Below, one piece after another: positions 1 through 10,175 of a DNA stretch of 57,429 bases. This DNA comes from a virus (lineage: Duplodnaviria; Caudoviricetes), in the IMG/VR virus record IMGVR_UViG_3300023184_000150, positions 1-57,429 of that record; one strand, given 5' to 3'. Numbering within the stretch: the stretch's first letter is position 1; each line of letters starts with the position of its first letter. The notes under the pieces are model-generated. The model made no database searches. It was not told the DNA's origin and was given only the letters and a program-made list of their open reading frames with translations. A program made the position numbers and the translations under genes.

Positions 1-241
1 ATCCAGCGGCGGCTTATGTATATACACTAACATATACATAAACGTAGGGTGTCTCTATCCCTTCATTTTGCTTATTCTTTATCTTCAAACATCTAAACCG
101 CAAGCAATTATGCGATCTTCATCCTTTAGGGTAGTAGATGAGCACTCTTATCGGCAAGAGATTTCCCTCCCTGTGATCCAAAATCCAGGTTTCCGGGCGC
201 ACGAACTTAGCCTGCGCTAGCTTTTAACCGATTAACTGAGC
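1..241 (-). ncRNA. Candidate structured non-coding RNA, family not recognised, probably truncated at the window edge
   Basis: No ORF of 60 aa or more and visibly more GC-rich than the flanks. Dense inverted repeats: 14-23/32-41 (10 bp perfect), 46-49/59-62, 90-95/135-140 enclosing 99-102/111-114, 145-149/156-160, 197-201/213-217, 224-227/232-235. Starts right after the stop of the GIY-YIG gene. Strand assumed from that gene. Confidence 0.45.
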
Positions 242-670
242 CTAAATTTTATTTTTTATGTGGGAGCCATGGACACGGACAGATATTTGTCCGTTATAAT
301 ATTCGTTTGATTCTAATACTTTGCGGTCGAATTGTTCGCGGGCCTCAACGTACGATGTTTCTGCTTTGCTTTTACAATAATGTAATATTTCTCTTGTGAA
401 GTTTTCTTTACCAAATAACTCAACATCTTTGTTAAGTTCTAAGTTTGAGCCATAATAATCTTGCCAGTCGCTGTTTATCTTGCTTCTGATCTTCTTTTTC
501 TTCTTTGTGCCGTTCTTCAACTTTACAGTCTTGTAGGTCGTTTTACTAAATTTTGCTAATTTTTTGCCAATATAAAGTCTGCCTGAAGTATTGCATGAGA
601 TAAGATAAACAAATCCTACGCAATCTTCAGGCAGTTCTGTTACTATAGCACCTTTATGGTACCAAGTCAT
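242..670 (-). CDS. Small GIY-YIG (Seg-like) endonuclease
   Basis: GFVYLI...LYIGKK motif pair, YYGS, conserved Glu (SYVEA), YYN near the C-terminus, Lys-rich insert. Confidence 0.75.
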   Translation of the reverse strand: MTWYHKGAIVTELPEDCVGFVYLISCNTSGRLYIGKKLAKFSKTTYKTVKLKNGTKKKKKIRSKINSDWQDYYGSNLELNKDVELFGKENFTREILHYCKSKAETSYVEAREQFDRKVLESNEYYNGQISVRVHGSHIKNKI

Positions 671-1198
671 TTATTTTTTAACTCCAACAAAATATAAATC
701 GCAGTGGGCATTAGTATATTCAAATCTATATTGTTTAAAAATTTCTTCAAAATTCCATTTATCGGTGAAATCTTTAATTGATAAATTTTTATAATAATCA
801 GTGTCGCAAGTAAATGGGCTATCATACGGAGTAGTTCTTTTAGTACCGTGTTCTCCTCGCCCAATACTTGCACTTGTAACTATAATTAGACCATTGGATG
901 CTGTTAGATTTAACATGTTTTCAAACGTTTTATCCCATTTTGGATTATGTTCAAAACATTCTGTACTAATAGTGACTCCAAATGGTAGTTCTGATCTATA
1001 GTCCTCACCAGAACACACCACATCAACGCCTGGTCCATTTCCTAGATCGATACCGATATAAGCACAATTTTTAAAAAAATCTCGAACGGTGCCGTTGATA
1101 TTCAAACTTCCAATTTCTAAAACACGTTGGCTAGCAAAGTAATTTGGAAATTGAGAAGCAACCCTACTAAAAAAATCAACCTGTAATGGATGTGCCAT
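671..1198 (-). CDS. Class I SAM-dependent methyltransferase (type 11-like)
   Basis: VLEIGS motif I, YIGIDL motif II, ISTECFEH, L..NGLIIVT. Confidence 0.75.
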   Translation of the reverse strand: MAHPLQVDFFSRVASQFPNYFASQRVLEIGSLNINGTVRDFFKNCAYIGIDLGNGPGVDVVCSGEDYRSELPFGVTISTECFEHNPKWDKTFENMLNLTASNGLIIVTSASIGRGEHGTKRTTPYDSPFTCDTDYYKNLSIKDFTDKWNFEEIFKQYRFEYTNAHCDLYFVGVKK

Positions 1199-1204
1199 TA
1201 TCTT

Positions 1205-1402
1205 TTATGCCTTGGCTGTTTTTGCTTCCTTACGAGCATTCTTTTCAGCAGTAATTTCATTGCGGCGGGCTTTAACAGCCTTGGCTAATTCACCTAATGC
1301 TTTACGGGCACGGGTTCCAGCAGCAGCATTACCTGCTTCAAATTTTGCATCTTCTGATAAGAATGCATCCATTTGATCTTTAATTTGTTGTGTTGATGAC
1401 AT
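1205..1402 (-). CDS. Histone H1-like (Hc1-family) small basic protein
   Basis: KFEAGNAAAGTRARKALGELAKAVKARR signature. Start moved to ATG 1402, which follows an AAGGA RBS. Confidence 0.7.
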   Translation of the reverse strand: MSSTQQIKDQMDAFLSEDAKFEAGNAAAGTRARKALGELAKAVKARRNEITAEKNARKEAKTAKA

Positions 1403-1706
1403 TTTGTTTTCCTTTTGTTGGTGGTCTTCCACGTTTCTTTGGCAATGATTTTACTCTTGCCAGTTCTCTTTTTTCTGCTCTAATACCGTCTTTAACATTT
1501 TTTCGATGTTCTCGACTAACTGTAGCAGATAATCTTCTCATCTTTTTTTCTATATCTATCATGCTTTTGATACTTTTTCGAGTATCAACACCGTTTTTAC
1601 TACTAGGGCTATTGATAAATGCATGATGATAGTTATGTAAATCTACAAAGTGAGATACTAATTGTGAGTATAACTCCTTATATTTGTTTAATTGTTCATT
1701 CGACAT
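1380..1706 (-). CDS. Basic protein, possible Hc1 paralogue with AT-hook-like tail
   Basis: 108 aa; overlaps both neighbours; contains PKKRGRPP. Confidence 0.55.
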   Translation of the reverse strand: MSNEQLNKYKELYSQLVSHFVDLHNYHHAFINSPSSKNGVDTRKSIKSMIDIEKKMRRLSATVSREHRKNVKDGIRAEKRELARVKSLPKKRGRPPTKGKQNVINTTN

Positions 1707-3474
1707 AATCTACATCATTACTGTAAGAGGTAAAACCGTTTTCTTTGATTACTCTTAAAACATTATTCACCCTGCCCACTAGCTCATCCTTATGCGATAT
1801 TAAGTATATATTCTTACTTCGTTCTCTAGCCATCTTTTTTAGGACCGCTAGGGCACTTTCTACACCTGCTGAGTCCATTCCGGCATCTACAAGTTCATCG
1901 ATAAACAGTAAATTAATGCTTTGATACAATCCTTCCCAAACATCTCGGAAAGCAAAGCTCATACTTAGAATTAATCGATTACGTTCTCCTCTACTTAGAT
2001 TATCAAAATCTAAATCTTGCCCTAACTGAGTTATCTCAACATTTAGGTCATTTTGAAAAATAACACGATGCGGTAATCCAAGTTTATCAATATAATAACT
2101 CAACCGTTTGTTTAGATAACTTAAATTTTGATCAATAATCTTTTTACGGATAAAACTATCCTTGTTAGTTAATAGTTTGTGTAAAAATTCTTGATGATCT
2201 TTAAGTTTAGTTAATGCATTTATAATATCCCAGTTAATTTCTTGAATAGCAGTCTTTTTCAATTCTTCTATTTGTTCTTCGTAAGGATTTAATTCAGCCG
2301 CCCTTGTAGTTAAACTTTTTTCAAGACTATCTAAATTGTTTTTATGTCCTAATGCTTCTGCTTCTGTGTCGTAGAATGTTGCGGGCATACGTGGAGCAGC
2401 GCCATCACCGATCTCATCTGTAATCTTTTTTAAGTCTTGCGATACTTTATCAAAGTATTTCATTGCTTCGCTTAAATGATGTGTAGCACTAGCGGTCATT
2501 TCTTCATGTTTATGATCGTGAAGTTCCTGTTCGCAAGCATGACAAGTTTTATTTGCTAGGCTTTTTAATTCTTGTTCATACTTCTTAACTGTTTTTTCAG
2601 CCTGTCCTAGAGCAGATTGTAGTGTTGCTGATTGCTTATTAAGATTTTTTATCTTGGTATTATGTTCGTTCCACAATTTAAGTTGAGAATGTGCTAGTAA
2701 TTCTGCTTCGATATCAACATTTTCAAGACGCATCATTGCACGACCGATGTTTTCTATATCAGCAGTCTTTTTGGTTTCCCACGCACTGCTCTTGATACCT
2801 AAACTATCAATGCTTTTTTGTACATTTTCGTTAGCACCCTTAATGCCTTCTATCTTATATTGTTCAGCAGTGATAAGTTCTTTACTTTCTTTTACCTGTA
2901 ATTTAAGAACTTCTGCTTTTTCTGACAATAAAGTAATGCCTAACAGTTGTTCAATGATCTCACGCTGGTCTGCAGCCTTCATTGACAGGAACGGTTCAGT
3001 ATAAGTGTTAAGAGCAACCAAATGTTTAAACATAGTATGCGACATTTCTAGCATCTGTTCAATGGCTTTTTGTGTTTCTCTACTATCGCCCTGACTATCA
3101 TCTTCTGATTCTTCAGTTTTTAGTTGATTATCATTAACAAATAGCTTGAGTATATTAGGTTTGCGGCCACGTTCAATACGATATTTTGTGTTATTTTTCT
3201 CAAATTCAACAGTAACAAGCATAGCCTTACCGTTAGTTTTGTTAATTAGGTTTTCTTTTTTAATGTTTGTTAATGCTTGCCCATACAATGCGTAAGATAA
3301 TGCATTAACAATCGTAGTTTTACCTGTGCCATTACGTGATCCAGTATCGTCTCCACCGAGATCGAGGTTAGATCCTAGTACTAGTGTCAAGGCTTGCTTG
3401 TCAAAGTCTACGGCTTGTGTTTGATTCCCTACACTGAGGAAGTTTTTTACTGTTATATTTTTAAGATGGAACAT
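1696..3474 (-). CDS. Recombination endonuclease ATPase subunit (T4 gp46 / SbcC / Rad50-like)
   Basis: Walker A NGTGKTT, coiled coil with CHAC zinc hook, LSRGE signature, LLFIDE Walker B, ISH. Confidence 0.95.
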   Translation of the reverse strand: MFHLKNITVKNFLSVGNQTQAVDFDKQALTLVLGSNLDLGGDDTGSRNGTGKTTIVNALSYALYGQALTNIKKENLINKTNGKAMLVTVEFEKNNTKYRIERGRKPNILKLFVNDNQLKTEESEDDSQGDSRETQKAIEQMLEMSHTMFKHLVALNTYTEPFLSMKAADQREIIEQLLGITLLSEKAEVLKLQVKESKELITAEQYKIEGIKGANENVQKSIDSLGIKSSAWETKKTADIENIGRAMMRLENVDIEAELLAHSQLKLWNEHNTKIKNLNKQSATLQSALGQAEKTVKKYEQELKSLANKTCHACEQELHDHKHEEMTASATHHLSEAMKYFDKVSQDLKKITDEIGDGAAPRMPATFYDTEAEALGHKNNLDSLEKSLTTRAAELNPYEEQIEELKKTAIQEINWDIINALTKLKDHQEFLHKLLTNKDSFIRKKIIDQNLSYLNKRLSYYIDKLGLPHRVIFQNDLNVEITQLGQDLDFDNLSRGERNRLILSMSFAFRDVWEGLYQSINLLFIDELVDAGMDSAGVESALAVLKKMARERSKNIYLISHKDELVGRVNNVLRVIKENGFTSYSNDVDYVE

Positions 3475-4487
3475 TAAAGATTATTATAAATTTCTAGTAA
3501 AGTTGTTTTGTCGAATTGATCGCTATCAATATTAATCAGTTGTTCTGTTACAATTTGATCAACACTTTCAAACTGTGCATCTGGGTTGTCATCGATAGTA
3601 CCTTCCATATTAGTTTTATCTTGAATAAGACTAATTTCACGTATATCATATTTGTCAATGAACGTTTCTTTAATGAAGTTTGCTTCTTCGTAACTGATAT
3701 CGATATCGAGATTTACTTTGATATGCATTTTAGACTTCATAATATCATCGGCTTTATCAATTAAGTCACTAAGTTTTACAGTTCTATACTTAGGACAGTT
3801 AGGCCAATCAATAAAATTAGGCTCACCGCCCCATTCTAAAGTCATCATACCACGTTTGTCGTCCCATGTATCTGAGAAGTTATGTGGAAATGCATTACCA
3901 ATATAGATCACTCGGTTATTTTCTTGACGTTTATGGAAGTGTCCGCTGAATATATAGTCAGGACCGTTAAAATCTTCTGCTCTAAGTTCTCCGTGATCTG
4001 GCATTTGTACCATAGCATTCATAAAAAACTTAGGCAATTCAAAGTGGCCAAAGACATATTTGCTTTTTATATCCTTCATAGCCTTCCATTCATCACCTAC
4101 TAGCCAAGGCACAAGTGTGACATCACCCCGGGTTGTAACACTATCTACAATAGTAACGCCTGGAACGTGCCGACCAAAAGCACTCGAGTGAATATCACGC
4201 TTGTCTTTATAGAACAGATCATGGTTACCTGGGAACCAATAGAACTGTTCAAATGCTGCGCCTAGTTTTTCTAGGCAGCGCAAACTGCTATCTAATGTGA
4301 ATAAGTTTAGACTGTTACGGTTATGACTCCAATCGCCTAGGAAGATTGCTGTTTCACACCCAGCAGTTTGTGCTTCTTGAATAAACCAATCAACAAATTC
4401 TTCACAATCTCTTAGATGTGTTGTACTATTTGATTTTAGTCCAAAATGTATGTCAGTAAAACACGCAACTTTCTTAAACAAAGCCAT
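3474..4487 (-). CDS. Recombination endonuclease nuclease subunit (T4 gp47 / SbcD / Mre11-like)
   Basis: Metallophosphoesterase motifs DIHFG, GD, GNHD, GHF, SGHFH; abuts the gp46-like gene. Confidence 0.95.
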   Translation of the reverse strand: MALFKKVACFTDIHFGLKSNSTTHLRDCEEFVDWFIQEAQTAGCETAIFLGDWSHNRNSLNLFTLDSSLRCLEKLGAAFEQFYWFPGNHDLFYKDKRDIHSSAFGRHVPGVTIVDSVTTRGDVTLVPWLVGDEWKAMKDIKSKYVFGHFELPKFFMNAMVQMPDHGELRAEDFNGPDYIFSGHFHKRQENNRVIYIGNAFPHNFSDTWDDKRGMMTLEWGGEPNFIDWPNCPKYRTVKLSDLIDKADDIMKSKMHIKVNLDIDISYEEANFIKETFIDKYDIREISLIQDKTNMEGTIDDNPDAQFESVDQIVTEQLINIDSDQFDKTTLLEIYNNL

Positions 4488-4507
4488 TAATTATTCTCCT
4501 AATTGTA

Positions 4508-4536
4508 AGTTTAGCAGATGTAATGGATAATGTCAA
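4508..4536 (-). promoter_or_regulatory. Sigma70-type promoter for gp47/gp46
   Basis: TTGACA-17-TAAACT with a TG extension; AGGAG RBS downstream. Confidence 0.65.
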
Positions 4537-5444
4537 ATCTCAGTTTGCTCATCTTCTTCAATACTAGTTTCTTCTGATTTAGGTTGTCTAAAGTGTTTAT
4601 ATAGTTCTGCTTGTCGAGCAGTTTCTTCTGCATATTCTTGTTGATATTGACGAGTCATACTTGGAGTTAATCCAGCTTCTTCTAACATATCATCACGAAT
4701 ATTTTGATTTTTCTTCTCAATGTTTAACACACGAGTAAATGAATTAGTAACTGCTGCTGTATAATAAGCAAATGGGTTCTCTGATTTACTTTCATCAAAC
4801 TGTAATCCAATTTGACTTAGCTGTAAAATAGCCTGCCCTCGCATTTCTTCATTATAAGTATAGCCCCGCCAGTTAGATCGTTGAGCATACCGCTCACTTA
4901 GTTTAATAAACATCTTACCTAAATTTTCAGTAATACGTCCATGCTCTTTGCTAAACTTACCAGTATCAATTGGTCCTTTCCAATGACTTTTACCCACACA
5001 AATTAATTCATCTTGATCATTGAACTTCCAATGTTGGAAAGGAGGGAAATTAACTTTTTCGTGACTGTCTGCGGTATTCTTTAAAGTTTTTTTACGTCCC
5101 GGCGCCATGGGAACATGCTCAAATGTCATAATACGTATAACAATATCAGTTTTAGCAATAGTTTTATAGTCTGCGGTGCATTCGGATAATTTAATTTTCT
5201 TATCTCCTGCAATTCTTGCTGCACCAAACGCTAGAATTCCTTGTCTTTTTGCACGGTTACGCTTGGCTTCTGCTATGGTCCTTATATTAACTTTGTCTAG
5301 ATTTGTTAATATTATGTCATGTTGTTGATATTCAGGTGATGTGTAACTGCTAAATGAGCATTTACTCTTATGTATCTCTGCTAATAAATCTCGATTGTTT
5401 AGGTATTTTACCTTTTTTCCTGTTGGGGATATATGGGTTGTCAT
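4533..5444 (-). CDS. Phage late-transcription sigma factor (T4 gp55-like)
   Basis: YLNNRDLL..., NWRGYTYNEEM, FDESKSENPFAYYT are typical of gp55-like proteins; lies next to gp47 as in T4. Confidence 0.8.
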   Translation of the reverse strand: MTTHISPTGKKVKYLNNRDLLAEIHKSKCSFSSYTSPEYQQHDIILTNLDKVNIRTIAEAKRNRAKRQGILAFGAARIAGDKKIKLSECTADYKTIAKTDIVIRIMTFEHVPMAPGRKKTLKNTADSHEKVNFPPFQHWKFNDQDELICVGKSHWKGPIDTGKFSKEHGRITENLGKMFIKLSERYAQRSNWRGYTYNEEMRGQAILQLSQIGLQFDESKSENPFAYYTAAVTNSFTRVLNIEKKNQNIRDDMLEEAGLTPSMTRQYQQEYAEETARQAELYKHFRQPKSEETSIEEDEQTEI

Positions 5445-5472
5445 TATTATTATTGATCTCCGTTGTTATAAC

Positions 5473-5500
5473 ATTATAACATTGATTATTCAAAGGTCAA
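5473..5500 (-). promoter_or_regulatory. Sigma70-type promoter for the sigma factor gene
   Basis: TTGACC-16-TATAAT with extended -10 TG. Confidence 0.6.
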
Positions 5501-5562
5501 TGATAATGTTTATAAGAGCATATTATTTATGGGTAAATATACTATACGAGGAATTATAGATT

Positions 5563-6396
5563 ATGCCAACTTCTTATACAGTAAATGGACAACCAGCAAC
5601 CGAAGCTGAATACAATGCTGCCACTTCTGAAATGAATTTTGATATTCCTGAGCCCACAGTAACTAATAATGAAATGGGATTTGATACAGAAATTCCATTT
5701 GGAGAAAGAGAAGTTCCGGGTGTGCCGCGTGGCGCAATCCCGACCAGATCTCCAAATACTGTTGTAAATTACACTGATGCTAATGGAATAACTCTTTCAG
5801 AATTTTCAAGAGTAAGAATTAGGGTACCACTTAACTATCTTAATAACTATACCATGGGTAGAAATTCAGAGTTAGGAAAATTAGGTGGAATAATTTTTCC
5901 ATATACTCCTAGTATTAGCTATGATGTTAAGGCAGACTATACAGCATCTAATCCATTACATTCAAATTTTCCTATTAATTTTTATCAAAGAAGTAGCGTG
6001 GGACCAATTAGTATTAGTGGAAAATTTACTGTAGAGAGCGCAGAAGATGCCAGAGTTTATTTGGCTACTATTCATTTGATAAAAGCATTAACAAAGATGC
6101 GATCTGGTGGTAGTACAGGCGATGAGGATAGTGGAGCACCACCGCCTATTTGCAGACTCGATGCTTACGGAGAGATGCTTAAAAATGTTCCAGTAGTTAT
6201 TACTAGTCTTAGAGTAGAATTGCCAGATAGTGTTGATTATTACACTACAAAAGATGATGTAACTGGACAAACAAGTGTTCCGGTTATATCTACAATAGCA
6301 ATTACTTGCTTACCAATGTACAGCAGAGCGGAGATGCAAAGTTTTTCAGTGGATAATTATGTTAATAATAGATATGCTGGTGGAGGATTCATTTAA
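5563..6396 (+). CDS. Baseplate / tail tube initiator-like protein (gp48/gp54-like)
   Basis: IIFPYTP, GAPPPICRLDAYG, NVPVVITS motifs; first gene of the baseplate cluster, upstream of the gp53-like gene. Confidence 0.6.
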   Translation: MPTSYTVNGQPATEAEYNAATSEMNFDIPEPTVTNNEMGFDTEIPFGEREVPGVPRGAIPTRSPNTVVNYTDANGITLSEFSRVRIRVPLNYLNNYTMGRNSELGKLGGIIFPYTPSISYDVKADYTASNPLHSNFPINFYQRSSVGPISISGKFTVESAEDARVYLATIHLIKALTKMRSGGSTGDEDSGAPPPICRLDAYGEMLKNVPVVITSLRVELPDSVDYYTTKDDVTGQTSVPVISTIAITCLPMYSRAEMQSFSVDNYVNNRYAGGGFI

Positions 6397-6689
6397 TGTA
6401 TAGTAAAACTAGCCCTTATTATAAAACTCAAATAGTTAATGGGTATCTTGATGTTATAGATTTTAGAGACTTACCTATTCAGAGAGATGATATATTGTTT
6501 GAAGTAACCGCCACCTACGAAAATAGACCAGACTTACTAGCTTATGACTTATATAAAGATCCTAGCCTATGGTGGGTATTTGCAGTACGCAATAAAAAAA
6601 TACTTAAAGATCCTGTTTATGATCTAGTAGCAGGTGTAAAAATATATCTTCCTAAAATGAGTACTCTTAAATCAGTGTTAGGAATTTAA
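6396..6689 (+). CDS. Baseplate wedge protein, gp53/LysM-like
   Basis: RPDLLAYDLY...LWWVFA.RN...G.KIYLP. Confidence 0.8.
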   Translation: MYSKTSPYYKTQIVNGYLDVIDFRDLPIQRDDILFEVTATYENRPDLLAYDLYKDPSLWWVFAVRNKKILKDPVYDLVAGVKIYLPKMSTLKSVLGI

Positions 6690-6690
6690 T

Positions 6691-9600
6691 ATGGGGTATA
6701 CGGCAAATGGAGATTACGATGGTGTAGGTGATGATAAGCTACAGTCGGAAAATGTTGAGAATAAAACAAAGAAAGCTAGTAAAACTCCCGAAGAACAATT
6801 TGCCGCTGACTCTAAACAAAAAGTAGTTCAGTTAGGCGAAAATAATATTTTAAACAATTATAGGTCAGTTACCTATAACTTTACATTAGCTGCACTTGAT
6901 AACAGTAATCTTAAAGATCCCGAAACTTATAGAAATAGTGAATTAAAATTAATTATACTAAAGTCCGGCGGTAAGGGTAATCAAGGTATGGGAATTGGTG
7001 CTAAAATTAATACCGCTGCCTTTGCTCAAGAAGCTAGAGCAGACTTTGCTGCTAGAGATCCTAGAAGAACAGACTTAGCTGAAGAAACAAAAGTTGAAAG
7101 AAGTTTTGCGGCAGAATTAGTTGGCGGATTTAACAAAGATAGTCCGGGACGCTTTGACATGTTTATTGAAAATGTTGAAATTGAAACTTTAATGGCGCCC
7201 AGCGAACAAACAAATACTAGCATGGCCACTAAGATAACTTTTGATGTTATTGAGCCATATAGTATTAATGGATTTATAGAAGCATTACATATATCAGCAC
7301 TTTCTGCAGGATATCCTAGTTACCTGCAAGCCAGCTTTCTTTTAAAAATGGAATTTTGGGGATATCCTGATAATGAAGATTTACCATCTCCTGTAAAAAT
7401 TAAAGATGCCGAGCGTTATTTTCCATTTGGTTTAACTGCAATGGAAGTTGAAGTAACTGAAAGAGGAATGAAATATAAATGTTCAGCGGTGCCCTATAAT
7501 GAAAGAGCATTTGGGCAACCAAATAAAGTTAAAAAACCTATCAAGATGCAAGGTACTACTGTTGCAGAAATTCTTTTTGATTTTTTTAAAAATATAAATG
7601 CTCAGGTTGTTGAATCTGATAAAGAAAGTAAAGACTCTAAAGGCGCAAATGCAGGCCATGATGTATATGCAATGAAATTTCAAGAATGGGATCCTGAAAA
7701 AGGTTTTGTAGATAGTCTTCTTGGCGGCCAAATCGGTTACGCAAAATTTAATGAGATAATGAAAGACAATGCATTATATGCAATGAATGATCCTGGTGAT
7801 ACTAGCAAACCTAATGCATATCAAGCAGATGGCGCTAAACAACCTAGCACAGAACAACAAATAAGTCATCCTGAGAGTATAAAATATAACGCCAAAGATA
7901 GTGCGATACATTTTGGTGAAGGTATGGCTATTTCTGATGCTATTGCTTCAGTAATTAGAGATAGTGAATATGTTAAAGATATTTTAAAAAATATCGGAAC
8001 TAAACCAGGTGTTCCGGACGAGTTCGGAATGTTAGATTATTTTCTTATAAAAATTGAAGTAACTAATTTAGATGCAATTGATCAAAGTTCTCAAAAACCA
8101 TTTCAAAAATATACTTACGTAGTAAGCCCGTATAGAATACATATTAGTCGTATTCCTAATTATGGTCATGATAAAATAAAAGAAGAAACTTTAAAAAAGT
8201 TAAGTCTAAGAGAATATAATTATATCTATACAGGAAAAAATATAGATGTATTAGGATTTAAACTTAATTTTAACACTTTGTTTTTTGAAGCAATTCCTGC
8301 TTCTATGGCCAATAAAGATGTTGTTCCTTCTTCCAAAGCTGCTGCTCCTAATAATTCTCCAGATGTTAAAATAAAATCTAAAAGTGATGCAGATTATAAA
8401 GAAGCATCTGAAAAAGATCAAATACCTTCATCCCCGGTAAAAACTGACTCTACTCCGGTACAATCACCGACTGGTGGTAATGCAAGCCAACCTAAAGATG
8501 CTTATAGTTTATTAGCAAGAAACATGCATGAAGCAGTGGTTAATTCTAAAGCCAGTATGCTAACGGGAGAACTTGAAATATTAGGTGACCCTATGTTTTT
8601 AGTCACAGGCGGCGCAGGCAATTATAAACCTAAACCCGGCGGCAGAGGCAAAACTAGCATGGGAGAAGCTAATCACAATTATAGTGAAGTATTAATCACT
8701 GTTAATTTTAGAAATCCTATTGATTTTCAAAGTCTTGAAAACGGTGGAACAATGTATTTTGATCCAAATCGAGTACCGTTCAGTGGAGTATATAGAGTAC
8801 TAAAAGCAGTCAATACTTTTAAAGATGGTATTTTTAAACAACGGTTAGACATATTAAGATTACCTGGACAAATATTAGATACTAATCTAAAACCTGATAA
8901 TCCAAAAGACAGATTAGAACTATCTCCAAATCCTGATGATACAATAATACCAGATGAAACATTGGCCAATAGTCCTGAACAGCGTATGGACTCTGAAACT
9001 GTAATGGATCAATTGAACAGAGGATTGCCTAGTCAGGGATTACCCGGCGAGTTAAGCAATTTTACTGATGCCACAGGCGGTTTAGGCGGATCAGAACCAT
9101 CTATGTTAAATCAAACAGCTGGGTTTGTCTCTAATTTAGATGAGTTCTCGCAATCTTCAGTTATGGGTCAATCGTTGCCTGACGATGCATTATCTAATAT
9201 AAGATTACGCTCATCAGGGTTAGTAAGTTTAAGTCAAGATTCTTTAGGATCAGCAGCTACAGTTCAATCTGCTAGTGACACTTTAAATGGAGATAAATCA
9301 TTTACAAATTCTATATCAAATGCTCTACACAATAATAAAATTAATTCTGCATATAACATATCCAATATTGGATCTGGTATAGGTAAAGGCGCCAGTGTTT
9401 TAATCAATACCAACGAATATGTATCTTCATCACCCACAGCTAATGAAATTAAACAGGGATTAAATATTAATCCTGTAGCGTTAGCACCAGGCAGTATTAG
9501 TAATGTGGCAGGATCATCTAATGGAATAACTCCGAGTTCTATTTCAGCAATACAAGGAATGAGCGGCGGCTATGGAAAACTAATAGGAGGTTTAGGAAAT

Positions 9601-10170
9601 AAGATAACATCTTTAACTTCATTATCTTCAGACCCACAGGGAATTGCTGCTAGAGTAGGATTAAATCCTGGAAGACTATCTGGACTTACCGGTGGCGGCC
9701 TGCAAAGTAAATTGGCAAGTCAAATTACAAACATAGTTGATAGCACACCTGAAAATGTAAATTTATCACAAGCTGCATCTGCAGGACTTGCATTAGATTA
9801 TCTACCAGCTAGTAAAATGTCAAATATTCCAGCAACTCCACAATTTGCAACTGCACCTATTCCACAAGCAGATCCGGGGTATTCTAAACAAGTTGCTGGT
9901 AGAGGACTTCCTGCATTGCAGAATCTATATGGTGTTAATAGCCCAACTAAACTATCTACTAATTTAGTTCCACAAGAATTGATTGCTGAAGCTAAATCAG
10001 CAGCTCCGGCAATATCTACAAATCCTTATTCAAATTTAACCGGGTCATCTAACTCAGTTGATATAAATTCAATGAAGGATAAATTAGCATCTGCTAAAAC
10101 TCAATTAGCGGGTGTGTCTAATATTTCAGGTAATAGTCCTTTAGATAAGTTAATTAATAAATTTGGATAA
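6691..10170 (+). CDS. Large baseplate hub-like virion protein with Ser/Gly/Asn-rich C-terminus
   Basis: LEILGDP and FSGVYRVLKAVNTFKDGIFKQRL are typical of hub (gp27/GpD-like) proteins; lies between the gp53- and gp5-like genes. Confidence 0.55.
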   Translation: MGYTANGDYDGVGDDKLQSENVENKTKKASKTPEEQFAADSKQKVVQLGENNILNNYRSVTYNFTLAALDNSNLKDPETYRNSELKLIILKSGGKGNQGMGIGAKINTAAFAQEARADFAARDPRRTDLAEETKVERSFAAELVGGFNKDSPGRFDMFIENVEIETLMAPSEQTNTSMATKITFDVIEPYSINGFIEALHISALSAGYPSYLQASFLLKMEFWGYPDNEDLPSPVKIKDAERYFPFGLTAMEVEVTERGMKYKCSAVPYNERAFGQPNKVKKPIKMQGTTVAEILFDFFKNINAQVVESDKESKDSKGANAGHDVYAMKFQEWDPEKGFVDSLLGGQIGYAKFNEIMKDNALYAMNDPGDTSKPNAYQADGAKQPSTEQQISHPESIKYNAKDSAIHFGEGMAISDAIASVIRDSEYVKDILKNIGTKPGVPDEFGMLDYFLIKIEVTNLDAIDQSSQKPFQKYTYVVSPYRIHISRIPNYGHDKIKEETLKKLSLREYNYIYTGKNIDVLGFKLNFNTLFFEAIPASMANKDVVPSSKAAAPNNSPDVKIKSKSDADYKEASEKDQIPSSPVKTDSTPVQSPTGGNASQPKDAYSLLARNMHEAVVNSKASMLTGELEILGDPMFLVTGGAGNYKPKPGGRGKTSMGEANHNYSEVLITVNFRNPIDFQSLENGGTMYFDPNRVPFSGVYRVLKAVNTFKDGIFKQRLDILRLPGQILDTNLKPDNPKDRLELSPNPDDTIIPDETLANSPEQRMDSETVMDQLNRGLPSQGLPGELSNFTDATGGLGGSEPSMLNQTAGFVSNLDEFSQSSVMGQSLPDDALSNIRLRSSGLVSLSQDSLGSAATVQSASDTLNGDKSFTNSISNALHNNKINSAYNISNIGSGIGKGASVLINTNEYVSSSPTANEIKQGLNINPVALAPGSISNVAGSSNGITPSSISAIQGMSGGYGKLIGGLGNKITSLTSLSSDPQGIAARVGLNPGRLSGLTGGGLQSKLASQITNIVDSTPENVNLSQAASAGLALDYLPASKMSNIPATPQFATAPIPQADPGYSKQVAGRGLPALQNLYGVNSPTKLSTNLVPQELIAEAKSAAPAISTNPYSNLTGSSNSVDINSMKDKLASAKTQLAGVSNISGNSPLDKLINKFG

Positions 10171-10175
10171 AAAAT

